The notes below the pieces were generated by a model. It did not search any database. It was not told where the DNA came from and was given only the letters and a program-made list of their open reading frames with translations. Made by a program: the position numbers and the translations under genes. From NCBI GenBank assembly GCA_963773285.1, contig CAVZAM010000036.1:80605-144604 (forward strand): a stretch of 64,000 nt of DNA, written 5' to 3'. Source of the stretch: an uncultured delta proteobacterium (lineage in GTDB: Bacteria > Desulfobacterota > Desulfobaccia > Desulfobaccales > 0-14-0-80-60-11). This document shows, piece after piece, positions 49,740 through 59,686 of the stretch (positions are counted from its first letter, which is position 1; each line of letters opens with the position of its first letter).

Positions 49740-49874
49740 TTAGCCGAATTTCATTAATCCCAGGATGCCGACAATAATAAGATAAATGGCCACAATATAG
49801 TTGAGCAGCCGCGGGATTATCAGTATCAGGATCCCGGCAATTAGGGCTACCACCGGCTGGAATTGAATGACCAT
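49740..49874 (-). CDS. DUF3096-like small membrane protein (44 aa)
   Basis: Found by hand: 'MVIQFQPVVALIAGILILIIPRLLNYIVAIYLIIVGILGLMKFG'. AAAGGAGA SD. Confidence 0.65.
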   Translation of the reverse strand: MVIQFQPVVALIAGILILIIPRLLNYIVAIYLIIVGILGLMKFG

Positions 49875-50364
49875 TATCTCTGTCTCCTTTCTGGTCCTTT
49901 ACCAATTGGTTTTATGCGGTTATGTGAATTAATTAAAGAAGACTGGTTGGAAAGATATACAAGAAAATGTTGAGGTTTCACCCGGGCGTAACCCGGCGCC
50001 GTCCTTCTTAGAAATAATTTCTCATAACTCTAGTAATGAACCGCGGATGGGGCCATTGTGAGAAATGACTATTTTAAAATGGTCAGATGTGACCACCGGA
50101 ACTAGGGGTTTTTATCCCGGCGGCCTTGCCGGGACCTGCTGCATCAGTCCGAATTTCCTAAAATTACGATGGCAAATTATCAGCTTTGCCCGGCCTAAAG
50201 CCTCGCCGCCCCCGGTTCTTGTGCCGGTTCGCCCCTGATCTTCCCGCGGCGGGGGTATGGACAAATAACCTGCCGATGATTACTTCATTTAATAAGACGG
50301 GTTGCGCCGCTGGACTTTACCAACCGGCTGATCAAGATAATTCAATCAACCACGGAGGACGTGG

Positions 50365-51330
50365 GTGGCGCCAGTTCTCTATGACACCATCATTATCGGG
50401 GCGGGGCCGGCCGGGGCTGCGGCCGCGGTATACGCCGCCCGCAAAAGGTTGAAGACCCTCCTGGTGACCCAAAGCTTCGGCGGGCAGTCGATGGTGTCCT
50501 CCCAAATAGAAAATTGGCTCGGCGAGCCGGCCATTACCGGGAAAGACCTGGCGGCCAGGCTCGAGAAGCATGTCCGGGCACAAAAGGGCATCAAGATTAA
50601 CGTTCGGGAAAAGGTCATCGCCATTGACGAGAGACCGGACTGCACCTTCGAGGTCAAGACGGACAAGGATGCCGCCTACGCCGGCAAGACCCTGATTGTC
50701 ACGTCAGGCGGCAGGCAGAGACATCTTGAAGTGCCCGGTGAAAAAAAATTCGACGGCAAAGGTGTGGCGTATTGTACGACCTGTGACGCCCCCTTCTTCG
50801 AGGGCATGGACGTGGCGGTGGTGGGCAGCGGCAATTCGGCCCTGGGCGGGGTCATCGATCTCGCTTCGTATGCCAGCAAGATCTACCTGCTTATTCGGGG
50901 CACCAAATTAAAGGGGGATCCGGTCAATGAAAAAAAGGCCACGTCCTTCGCCCAATTGCAGGTGATCAAAAATGCCATGGTGGAAGAAATCCTCGGGGAC
51001 AAAACTGTCACCGGGCTGCGCTATCGGGATGAAAAAAGTGGCCAAGAGAAGGAATTAAGTGTCAAGGGCGTTTTCGTGGCCATCGGCAACTACCCCAACT
51101 CGGAGTTTATGGAGCATCTCGTCGACATGAACCAGGCGGGGGAGATCCTGGTTAATTTCAAAACCGCCGAGACCTCCCGGAAGGGCATATTTGCCGCGGG
51201 CAACGTCACCGACGACCTCTATAAACAAAACAACATAGCCGCTGGCGACGGGGTCCGGGCGGCGATTTCGGCCTACTCTTACGTGTTGAACATCAAAAAA
51301 TACAGCCCCTGCTCCTTGGAGAAGGATTGA
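50365..51330 (+). CDS. Thioredoxin-reductase-like FAD/NAD(P)-dependent disulfide oxidoreductase
   Basis: '[21 protein letters not shown]', redox 'CTTCDAPFF', second dinucleotide motif '[10 protein letters not shown]', 'IFAAGNVTD'. GTG start. Confidence 0.8.
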   Translation: MAPVLYDTIIIGAGPAGAAAAVYAARKRLKTLLVTQSFGGQSMVSSQIENWLGEPAITGKDLAARLEKHVRAQKGIKINVREKVIAIDERPDCTFEVKTDKDAAYAGKTLIVTSGGRQRHLEVPGEKKFDGKGVAYCTTCDAPFFEGMDVAVVGSGNSALGGVIDLASYASKIYLLIRGTKLKGDPVNEKKATSFAQLQVIKNAMVEEILGDKTVTGLRYRDEKSGQEKELSVKGVFVAIGNYPNSEFMEHLVDMNQAGEILVNFKTAETSRKGIFAAGNVTDDLYKQNNIAAGDGVRAAISAYSYVLNIKKYSPCSLEKD

Positions 51331-51409
51331 TCTGAGGCACGGCCGGGCCCTGGGTAATCTCCGGGGGAAGGCCATCTCACTGCAAAATACTGCATTAAAG
51401 GAGGGAGTC

Positions 51410-51598
51410 ATGATCAGTTTAGCCATTACTTTTTTGATCGTGGCGGTGATCGCCGCGCTGCTGGGATTCACCGGCGCCGCCATCATCTCGGTGGAAGTTG
51501 CCAAAATCTTGTTTTTCATTTTCATCATTCTGTTCATCATTTCTCTCTTTTTCGGCTACCGGGGCCGGAGAGCGGGCTCCCCCGATCTGATCCGGTAG
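51410..51598 (+). CDS. DUF1328/YtjA-like small membrane protein
   Basis: '[49 protein letters not shown]'. Paralog of 48206..48379. Confidence 0.7.
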   Translation: MISLAITFLIVAVIAALLGFTGAAIISVEVAKILFFIFIILFIISLFFGYRGRRAGSPDLIR

Positions 51599-52264
51599 AG
51601 AATGCCCAGCCTGAACCCGCCACCTGACCGGGGCCGCTAAGGGATCTGCCTCAGCCCTTTGGCCCCCGGTCAGGCAGTGGGATACCGCCCCGGGAAATAA
51701 GCCCGGGCCGACACCGCGGGTGAGGAGCGGCGGGACCCAACCCTCGCGCCGCGGCCTTATCCCCTGGACCGCTCACCTCCAACTTGCCGGATTGTCTGGG
51801 AAGGAGGGGAGTCCGGCCGCGCCGAGAAAAAGGTTGAAGGTCCCGGTTTGCCCTTTTATAATGAGAGAAATTCACCGTAGGAGGAGGTTAACGGGTGTAC
51901 CAGCCGGCTGTATCCTTGCTGCGAAGAATCTGAGACCCGGGCGTAGGTGAGGCCTTGGCAAGGCCCTCACTACCCTTCCAGGCTGGAAGGGGCAGCAGCG
52001 GCACACCCGGGATCGGCCCAGCTTAAATACCGTTTTATAGCCTGGCCACACCTTCTCCCGGGTTTCCCATCTTCCCGCCTGTCGTTTTTCCAGCCTTAAA
52101 AATCAGGGTTCCATTCTTCAGTCTGAAGGCTCAAATACGCGGTCTCATCAGTCCCGCCACGCCGGCAGGGTCCCCCCCGGTGGCGCGCCGGGGCATCTTC
52201 CTGGAACCACCGCGGTTCCCGGGGGCTTAAATGCTCACTCCATGCAGGTTAGAAGAGGTAGGCG

Positions 52265-53540
52265 ATGCCGACACCGTATGACGACATGTGGGAAAAATTG
52301 CACCTGGATTTGCCGGCCCACGAAGGGCTGCTCCAGGTATTGGGCAAATTTTACGGGGATATCTACCTGAGCCAGGAAGGCCGCCTCAAGGGCATGGAAT
52401 ACCTGGACTTCGTGCTCTCCGAGGTGCATGGCCTGCGCATCAGGGAATTGCAGGAGGCCAAGGCCCAGGGGCGGAAAATCATCGGCACCTTCTGCGTCTT
52501 TGTGCCGGAGGAACTGATCCTGGCCGCGGATGCGGTGTGCGTGGGGCTATGCGCCGGGGCGGAGATCGGCACCGGCGCGGCCGAGAAGATCCTCCCCCGG
52601 AACACCTGCGCCCTGATCAAGTCCTTCGTGGGCTTCAAACTGGCCCGGCTGTGCCCCTACATCGAGTCCTGCGACCTGGTGGTGGGGGAGACTACCTGCG
52701 ACGGCAAGAAAAAGGCCTACGAAATTTTCGCCGACTACGCGCCGGTGTACGTCATGGAAATCCCCCAGATGAAGCAGGCCTGCGACCGGGACCTGTGGAA
52801 GGCGGAAGTGCGGCGCTTCATGGCCAGGATCGAAGGAGTCACCGGCAACATCATCACCGCCGACAAACTCAGGGAGGCCATCCGGCTGGTAAACGCCAGG
52901 CGGCAGGTCCTGCAGAGGCTCAACCGCCTCAGGGCCGCGGTCCCCACCCCCATCTCGGGCCGTGACGTGCTGCTCATCAACCAGATCAGCTTCTACGACG
53001 ACCCGGTGCGCTTCACCGCCAAGATCGGCGAGCTCTGCGGCGAGCTGGAGGGAAAAATCAAGGCGGGCCAGGGGGTCGCCCCGGCCACGACGCCCCGGCT
53101 GATGCTCTCCGGCTGCCCCATGGCCGTGCCCAACTGGAAGCTCCCCTTCCTCATCGAATCCTCCGGCGCGGTCATCGTGGGAGAAGAATCCTGCATCGGC
53201 ACCCGCAACACCCGGGACCTGGTGGAGGAAAGCGGCGAAACCCTGGACGAGCTGCTTGGACGCCCTGGTGGACCGCTATCTCAAGATCGACTGCGCCTGC
53301 TTCACCCCCAACGTCGAGCGCCTGGATCACATCGTGGAAATGGCCCGGGACCTGAAGGTGAACGGCGTGGTGCACTACGGCCTGTCCTTCTGCCAGCCCT
53401 ACGCCATGGAGGCCCTGAAGGTGGGCAAGGCTCTGGAGGCCGCCGACATTCCCATGCTCGCCATCGAAACCGACTACAGCATGGAGGACGTGGAGCAGCT
53501 CAAGACCAGGGTGGAGGCCTTCCTGGAGATGCTGCAGTGA
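52265..53540 (+). pseudogene. Single-subunit 2-hydroxyacyl-CoA-dehydratase-family (HGD-D) protein, double-cubane-cluster-protein-like, frameshifted as assembled
   Basis: Cys-rich HgdB/BcrC-like sequence ('GTFCVFVPEE', 'GETTCDGKKK', 'MLSGCPM'). The pieces join at '...ETLDELL|[18 protein letters not shown]' if the TT at 53256-53257 is a single T. Confidence 0.7.
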
Positions 53541-53544
53541 GGGG

Positions 53545-54588
53545 TTGGGCATGACGGACGACAAGGCCCCGGTCATTTACTTGCACCTGCACCCGGAATT
53601 TCAGGATCAACACCGGGGGCATGATTTGAAAAACGCCCTCTTGTCGGCGACCCTGGCCTATGCCCAGATCGCTTTGGACACGGCCGCCTTTCCCGGCGCC
53701 TCCGGCCAGGCAACGATGATCCTGGAACGGGCCTGCATCCTTTTAAAGGAGGCCCGGGACCGGCTGTCTGCAGAATTTGTTGTGACGGGCCCGGGATCGT
53801 CAATGGGAACCCGGAACCTGGCAGCCGGCCTGGACATCGGCTCCCGCTCCATTGAGCTGGCGCTTTTGGAAGGGGACCGGCTGGTGGATTGGGCCAAAGT
53901 GCCCACCACCTTCGACCCCCTGGCCCAATGCCGCCGGCTCTTGAAAGACGTGCGGGCGGAAACGCTGGTAGCCACGGGCTACGGCCGCAAACTGGCCCTG
54001 GAGCATTGGCGGGACCGGCAGATCACGGCCATCACCGAGATCCAGGCCTATGCCCGGGGGGCCCGGTTTCTAGCCCCTGAGACCAGGACCGTGCTGGACA
54101 TCGGCGGCCAGGACACCAAGGTCATTGCCCTCACCGCGGCCGGCAGGGTGGCCCGCTTTGAGATGAACGACCGCTGCGCCGCCGGGACCGGCAAATTCCT
54201 GGAATTCATGGCCCTGGCCCTGCACCTGCCCCTGGAAGAGTTCGGGAGCTTTGCCCTGGGCGCGGACAAGCGCATCCAGATCAGCAGCATGTGCACCGTG
54301 TTCGCCGAAAGCGAGGCCACCAGCCTCATGGCCCGGGGCGAGACCCCCGCCAACATCGCCCTGGGGCTGCACCTGGCCATCGTCCAGCGCACCCTGGCCA
54401 TGCTCCGGCGGGTGGGGGAAGAGCCGCCCCTGCTGTTCGCCGGCGGGGTAGCCCACAATGTCTGCGTCCGGGCCCTCCTGGAGGAGGCTTGGGGTCAGGA
54501 GATCATCGTCCCAGCCGACCCGGATCTGGTGGGGGCTTTAGGCGCGGCGCTTTACGGGCAGAGCCAAAACCGTCCCAAAAGTTTATAA
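53545..54588 (+). CDS. BcrAD/BadFG-type (HgdC-like) activator ATPase with an N-terminal extension of about 85 aa
   Basis: 'AAGLDIGSRSIELAL', 'VLDIGGQDTKVI', 'NDRCAAGTGKFLE', 'AGGVAHN'. Alternative starts are ATG 53551 and ATG 53803. Confidence 0.8.
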   Translation: MGMTDDKAPVIYLHLHPEFQDQHRGHDLKNALLSATLAYAQIALDTAAFPGASGQATMILERACILLKEARDRLSAEFVVTGPGSSMGTRNLAAGLDIGSRSIELALLEGDRLVDWAKVPTTFDPLAQCRRLLKDVRAETLVATGYGRKLALEHWRDRQITAITEIQAYARGARFLAPETRTVLDIGGQDTKVIALTAAGRVARFEMNDRCAAGTGKFLEFMALALHLPLEEFGSFALGADKRIQISSMCTVFAESEATSLMARGETPANIALGLHLAIVQRTLAMLRRVGEEPPLLFAGGVAHNVCVRALLEEAWGQEIIVPADPDLVGALGAALYGQSQNRPKSL

Positions 54589-54658
54589 TCTATCTCAGGC
54601 GGACAAATTCGCTTTTCCGGTAAAAAAACCTTTAAGCCGCCTCAACAAGGAGGACAGC

Positions 54659-54949
54659 ATGGAAGACACCTGGCGCAAAGCCAAGCATTTCGGCCTGGGG
54701 GTGCTGGATTTCACCCGGGAGAAGGTGGAAACCCTGGTAAACGACATGGTCAAACGGGGGGAGTTGTCCGAGCAGGATACCACCGAGGCCGTGGCCACTA
54801 TCATGGAAAGGGCCAAATCAGAGCAGGAAGCCTTCCTGCAGATGCTCCGGGGGGCGGTTGAAAAAATCGTCGCCGAACTTGGCCTGGCCCGGAGCTCTGA
54901 GCTGGAGGCCTTGAAAAAGAGAGTGGCGGAGCTGGAGGAAAAGCACTAA
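54659..54949 (+). CDS. Phasin-family / PHA-granule-regulator-like protein (COG3937-type)
   Basis: 'FGLGVLDFTREKVETLVNDMVKRGELS' plus the C-terminal 'LARSSELEALKKRVAELE'. Confidence 0.6.
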   Translation: MEDTWRKAKHFGLGVLDFTREKVETLVNDMVKRGELSEQDTTEAVATIMERAKSEQEAFLQMLRGAVEKIVAELGLARSSELEALKKRVAELEEKH

Positions 54950-54981
54950 CCTCGGCTGTATGGCAGTTTTGTGGCAGCCGT

Positions 54982-55242
54982 CTAGTCAGTGATTACCGCG
55001 CTTTTCATCACTTGCTCAAGCTCACCCGGCGCCACGGCCCGCACTCGCAGCGACTGGGAGCTGTGACCGAAGCGCCTGGCCAGGGTCAGCGCCCGCTCTT
55101 CTTCTTCCTGGGGGGAACACCCTGCGGCCCCGGAAAAAATCACGACCTTATGCAGGTGAACGATGCGGCCGGTCTGGCCATCGTAAACCGCGTAGGCGCG
55201 TTCGCCCTCGATTGCCATAGTTTGACGTGTCTGGTGCAGCAT
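54982..55242 (-). CDS. Hypothetical protein
   Basis: ORF only. I chose the start at 'MLHQT' to avoid overlapping the upstream gene. Confidence 0.3.
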   Translation of the reverse strand: MLHQTRQTMAIEGERAYAVYDGQTGRIVHLHKVVIFSGAAGCSPQEEEERALTLARRFGHSSQSLRVRAVAPGELEQVMKSAVITD

Positions 55243-55253
55243 GCGGATCCCCC

Positions 55254-55604
55254 CTATTCCCAGACCTGCATATACCACCAGCCCTTCATTTGACCACGGT
55301 GGACGTGGACGGCGATGGTGATGAAAGAGACCCGGTCCTCATAGACGGCGGTTTCCCAGTCAGCCTCATCTGCAAAGGTTCTGATTTGCCCCTGGCCTTC
55401 GGCATCGGTGTACCTGTACTCGGCAATGCCGATGGTGGCGCCACCAGGCCCGTCAATGGTGCCGGCAAACCTGGCCAGGCCGACGTGGACGCTCACCGAA
55501 GCAGGGATGATATGAAGGTCCGTGCTGAGGGTGATTCCCGCGGTGTAGCCTGGTTCGGTATGAAAGGCCGTGAGATAAGCTCCCCTTTCCCTTACTATGG
55601 GCAT
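55254..55604 (-). CDS. Hypothetical protein
   Basis: 116-aa ORF with a strong AGGAGG SD 7 nt upstream. I recognise no family. Confidence 0.45.
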   Translation of the reverse strand: MPIVRERGAYLTAFHTEPGYTAGITLSTDLHIIPASVSVHVGLARFAGTIDGPGGATIGIAEYRYTDAEGQGQIRTFADEADWETAVYEDRVSFITIAVHVHRGQMKGWWYMQVWE

Positions 55605-55984
55605 GGGTCATCCTCCTGTCCTGCGGCTCATAGCGGTTCAGCCCCGGTTTGGTATCTTCCCTCAAAGTAAGGCTGGTTTTGCTCCAGTCAATAGCCGTGG
55701 CGCCAAGCCCATGAGGGCTGCCGGTGCGGTGAAACCTGACCGGATCGCCGCGAGCCGGGTGAAGGGGATTGTTCACTGGACACCTTCCCCAAAAAGGTGC
55801 GTGTCTCCGGGAGGGAAGCCGAAGGGCGGCAGCTCGGTATGAGGCCGATTCCCTTGGATATTTAGTCGTGACGGGGATTATTTTTCCCCGGGATAATTTT
55901 CTGTTTTAATTCACCCCACTATTCTTTATAAATAACGTGATTTAAAGGCTCAGGGAGCCTTGATTTGCAGCCGGGAGGTTTTGC

Positions 55985-57127
55985 TTGATTAGCCGCGTAC
56001 TTATGATCCTTTTCGCCCTTGTCTTTGCCGCCGGCCTGGCCCTGGCGGCCGCCACCAACGATCCACCCGTCCAGACCGGACCGGCCGCCTCTGAGCCGGG
56101 CCAACCCGCCCAGGCGGCCCCTGCGGCCCCGGCAGCACCAGCGCCTGCTGCCGCCCCGGCCCCTGCTGCCCCCAAAAGAGCCCACGGGGCCAAAGCCCGC
56201 AAGACCGCGGCCGCGCCCAACGGCAAGAAAAGGCCGCCGTCCCCGGAGATGGCAGCCTCCAAGGGCAAATACGACACCGGCGAAGACCCGGAGTTCGCCA
56301 AACGCTGCGGCTGGCCGGTGAACGGCCCCGCCGCTTTGCCGGGGGCGATCCTCCCCGGTAAGCGCATCGTCGCCTATTACGGCAACCCCCTGTCCAAGCG
56401 CATGGGCGCGCTGGGGGAATACCCCAAGGACGAGATGCTGCGGCGCCTGAAGTTTGAGGTGGACAAGTGGGAGAAGGCGGACCCCTCAATGCCGGTGCAG
56501 CCGGCCCTGCACCTCATCGCGGTGGTGGCCCAGGGGGAGCCTGGCAAGGCCGGGCAATACCGCATGGTCATGCCGGACAAAGTCGTCAACGAGGTCTACG
56601 ATTGGGCCAAGGAAAACAAGGCCATCCTGTTCATCGACATCCAGACCGGCCATGCCGATATCCGCTCCATCCTGCCGCGCTTTGAGTGGCTGCTCAAAAA
56701 CCCCGACGTGCACCTGGGCATGGACCCGGAGTTCAACCTGATCAAGAGCGGCAGAAAGCCCGGGAGCAAAATCGGCACCTATGACGCCGCGGATATCAAT
56801 TATGCCGTGGGGTTCCTGAAGGACCTGGTGAAAAAAAACAATCTGCCGCCCAAGGTCCTCATCGTGCACCGCTTCACCCGGGACATGGTCACCAACTCCA
56901 AGCGGATCCAGCCCTGCCCCGAAGTGCAGGTCGTCATGAACATGGACGGCTGGGGCGCCCCCTGGCTGAAGCGGGACTCCTACCGGGATTACATCATCAG
57001 CGAACCGGTGCAGTACACCGGCTTCAAGCTCTTCTACTACAACGACACCAAGAAGGGCGATGCCTTGATGACCCCCCAGGACCTCCTGCGGCTTAATCCG
57101 AAGCCGGTTTATATCCAGTACCAGTAA
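55985..57127 (+). CDS. Secreted protein with a Pro/Ala-rich linker, function unknown
   Basis: Signal-like 'MISRVLMILFALVFAAGLALA', an (A/P)n tract, then a roughly 270-aa globular domain. TTG start. Confidence 0.55.
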   Translation: MISRVLMILFALVFAAGLALAAATNDPPVQTGPAASEPGQPAQAAPAAPAAPAPAAAPAPAAPKRAHGAKARKTAAAPNGKKRPPSPEMAASKGKYDTGEDPEFAKRCGWPVNGPAALPGAILPGKRIVAYYGNPLSKRMGALGEYPKDEMLRRLKFEVDKWEKADPSMPVQPALHLIAVVAQGEPGKAGQYRMVMPDKVVNEVYDWAKENKAILFIDIQTGHADIRSILPRFEWLLKNPDVHLGMDPEFNLIKSGRKPGSKIGTYDAADINYAVGFLKDLVKKNNLPPKVLIVHRFTRDMVTNSKRIQPCPEVQVVMNMDGWGAPWLKRDSYRDYIISEPVQYTGFKLFYYNDTKKGDALMTPQDLLRLNPKPVYIQYQ

Positions 57128-57214
57128 ACAGCACCAGACGTTGCACAAATGAAAGGGGAGCGGCAGCCAGGCCATGGCAGCCCTCCCCTCTTTTTTGCCG
57201 GACTCCCGCCCCGG

Positions 57215-58096
57215 TCAGCCCTTGGGGTTCAGGTGCTCCAGGACCCGGGCGATGGCGCTGACATCTTCGTCGCCCCAGCCCCGGGCCACCCCCTCCTGGT
57301 AGAGCTGCAGGAGGGTGCTGGCGGCGGGCACCGGCGCGCCCAGCTCATAGGCGGTATCGATGATGAACTTGGCGTCCTTGGTCATGTGCTTTAAGGGGAA
57401 GGCGGCGGGATAGGTGTGGTTTTGCAGGTTGGGGGCCTTCACCTGGAACATGCCGCAGTTCAGGGGCCCGGAGAAGATCGTGTCCAGCATGGCCTCCTCG
57501 GTCAGTCCGCCCAGCCGGCCGAAATTCAGGACCTCGGCAAAGGCCTCCATCATCAGGCCCAGGAGCAGGTTGATGAACATCTTCATCATGGAGCCCTGGC
57601 CGGCCTCGCCGCAATAGATCACCTTTTTGCCCATGGCCAGCAGCACCGGCTCCACGGCCTGCACCTGGTCCCGGGGGCCGCCCGCCAGGATGAGGAGGGT
57701 GCCCTCCTCCGCCGGCTTTTTGGTCCCCGACACCGGCGCGTCGATGAACGCGGCCCCGGTGGGTTTGAGCCGGGCCGTCAGCTCCCGGGTGTAGCTCGGC
57801 GCCACGGAACTCATGTTGACGAAATATTTGCCGGCACTCAAGCCCCCGGCGGCCCCTCCCGGTCCAAAAAGCAGCTCTTCCAGGGCCTCGGGCCCGGTGA
57901 CCATGACAATGATGACCTCGCTGGCCGCGGCCAGGGCCTGGGGATTGTCCGCCCGGCCGGCCCCCTGCTGCACCAGGGGTTCGGCTCTTTCCGGCGAGCG
58001 GTTGTAAACCGTGACCGGGTAGCCCGCCTTGAGGAGATTGGCAGCCATGGCGTTCCCCATGATGCCCAGACCGATAAACCCGATTTTTTGCTTCAT
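57215..58096 (-). CDS. NAD(P)-dependent beta-hydroxyacid dehydrogenase (3-hydroxyisobutyrate dehydrogenase/GarR family)
   Basis: 'KIGFIGLGIMGNAMAANL', 'DAPVSG', and the C-terminal 'LKHMTKD' region. Confidence 0.85.
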   Translation of the reverse strand: MKQKIGFIGLGIMGNAMAANLLKAGYPVTVYNRSPERAEPLVQQGAGRADNPQALAAASEVIIVMVTGPEALEELLFGPGGAAGGLSAGKYFVNMSSVAPSYTRELTARLKPTGAAFIDAPVSGTKKPAEEGTLLILAGGPRDQVQAVEPVLLAMGKKVIYCGEAGQGSMMKMFINLLLGLMMEAFAEVLNFGRLGGLTEEAMLDTIFSGPLNCGMFQVKAPNLQNHTYPAAFPLKHMTKDAKFIIDTAYELGAPVPAASTLLQLYQEGVARGWGDEDVSAIARVLEHLNPKG

Positions 58097-58433
58097 GGCA
58101 TATCCTCCCTGTCTCTCCAACCGGTTAATGGTGTTTTGTTAGCTTGCTGGCGAGTCTCAGGGCAGGAAGATGACAACGATTAGTTTAAGATTATTCACTT
58201 TCCATAGATTGTCAATGTAAGGCACATCAAGTGTATGGCCGGAAAGGTCAGAGCGAACGGGAATTCCGTTGAGATTCAAGGACTTCCTGATAAATAAGGG
58301 CGGGCTCCCCGGTTATCTTGATCCGTTCACGAGTCAGCTAGGTCGTTTTAATTAGCCCGTCGAGCACCATTCTGCCTCTCTGGCGTCGACCGGCCTTCAT
58401 GGGTCACGATCCACAAGAAAACTGGGATGGACG

Positions 58434-59602
58434 CTAAGGGAGCCGCGCCATGATCCAGAAGGCGGGAAGGTAGTCTATCCTGGCCAGGAGCAGACCGGTG
58501 ATGATGGGCCCCGCGGCGTGGCCTACGTCAAAAATGGTGCCGAAGGTGCCTATGGCGGTGCCGAAATGACGTTCGTGGCAGATATCCGCCACCAGGGCCG
58601 CAGTGGAGGAGGTCACCAGGGCCTCCCCCAATCCGAAACAGGCAGCGGTGACCAGGAGAAAAGAGAAAGTCCTCAGCAAGGGGATAGCCCCGAAGGCCAG
58701 TGCGCCTAACGCCATGCCCCCGATGATCAAGGGGCGGCGGCCGTGCCGGTCGGAAACCCGGCCCATGACGGGTTTGGCCAGGATGGTCGCCAACACCTGG
58801 ACTCCCCAGAGGAGACCCGCCTGGAACTCGTTCAGTCCCACCAGTTTCACGGCATAGATGGGCAGAAAGGCCTCCAGGGCCCCCACCTTCATGTTCGTGA
58901 GGCTCTCCATGGCAGAGGTAACCACGACCCGCCGGTGCTGAGGACTTCCCTGATTCCCGTAGCAAAGCGGCTGAGAGATTCCTTGAGTCCCTTACTCCGT
59001 TCCACGGTTTCCCGGCCCCGCAAGGCGGTCAGGGCCAGGAGCAGGGAGAGCAAACCGGCTGCCCCGCTCACCAGGTAAACCACCTGGAAATCAAACAGGG
59101 TGAGGCTGCCGGTGGCCAGGCGATAAAGGATAAGGCCGCCCAGCGGTGCCCCCACTAGGTTGCCGATGATGGTTACCGAGGAAAACCAGGAGAGCAGCTC
59201 CCCTTTGCGCCCCCCCGCGGCGTCCATCACCACCGCCATGGCTACCGGCCCATAGATGGCGGTGGCAAAGCCATGGAGGAAACGGATCAGGATGAGGAAC
59301 TGGTAACTATCAACCAGAAGGTAGGTGAAGGGCATGACTGCAAAGACCGCCAGACCAGCCAGCAGGGTCTTCCTGCGGCCGATGAGGTCGGACAGCGCCC
59401 CTGAGGGTAACTTGAAGAAGATGCCGGTGACCGTGGAGATGCCCACGATAAAGCCGATGGCCTCGGGGCCGGCCCCTAGGTAGAGGGCAAACAGGGGGAG
59501 CACCGGGGTCCGGGCCAAGGCGTAGGAGAACCGGGCCAGAAAGCCCACGGCGCACAACGCATTATAGGGATTCAGCAGGGCTATCAGCGTTCCCCAATCC
59601 AC
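58434..59602 (-). pseudogene. MFS transporter, frameshifted as assembled
   Basis: 'PSGALSDLIGRRKT' and 'MGRVSDRHGRRP' loop motifs lie in the two halves. The shift is near 58926-58936. Confidence 0.75.
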
Positions 59603-59686
59603 TCAAGGTTTAGCGGCCGGCAGGGGACGGTAAAAGAAGGCGCGAGTGGAGCGACCTTTAGGGAGATGGAGGTACGGGGGCCTGGT

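Noticed and set aside
51300-51360. Read-through of the TGA stop of the thioredoxin-reductase-like gene, considered as a C-terminal Sec as in animal TrxR.
   Set aside because: The residues before the stop (SLEKD) bear no resemblance to a GCUG-type redox tail. The read-through peptide is short and featureless, and I saw no hairpin at the spacing found at the two other TGA sites.
51790-51830. GGAAGGAGGGGAGTCCGGCC, which resembles RNase P RNA CR-I (GAGGAAAGTCCGGGC).
   Set aside because: The other universally conserved RNase P regions (for example ACAGAAnCCGGCTTA) are absent on either strand, and the match itself has mismatches in invariant positions.
52225-52250. CGGGGGCTTAAATGCT upstream of the DCCP-like gene, considered as a second sigma-54 promoter.
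   Set aside because: Only the GG and GC dinucleotides fit. The -24 element lacks the TGGCAC context.
55453-55776. 107-aa minus-strand ORF overlapping the start of the 116-aa hypothetical gene.
   Set aside because: It is out of frame with the better-supported gene, which has AGGAGG 7 nt before ATG 55604. Its composition is Arg/His/Pro/Gly-rich and it has no SD.
6969-58936. The possibility that the 12 frameshifts are programmed ribosomal frameshifts or genuine pseudogenes.
   Set aside because: I saw no slippery heptamer or stimulatory-structure pattern common to the sites. The sites are mostly short homopolymers, and the flanking coding sequence is fully conserved with no secondary lesions. 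Essential-type transporters (pstC, corA) are affected. Assembly indels are the simpler explanation, but only read data can settle it.
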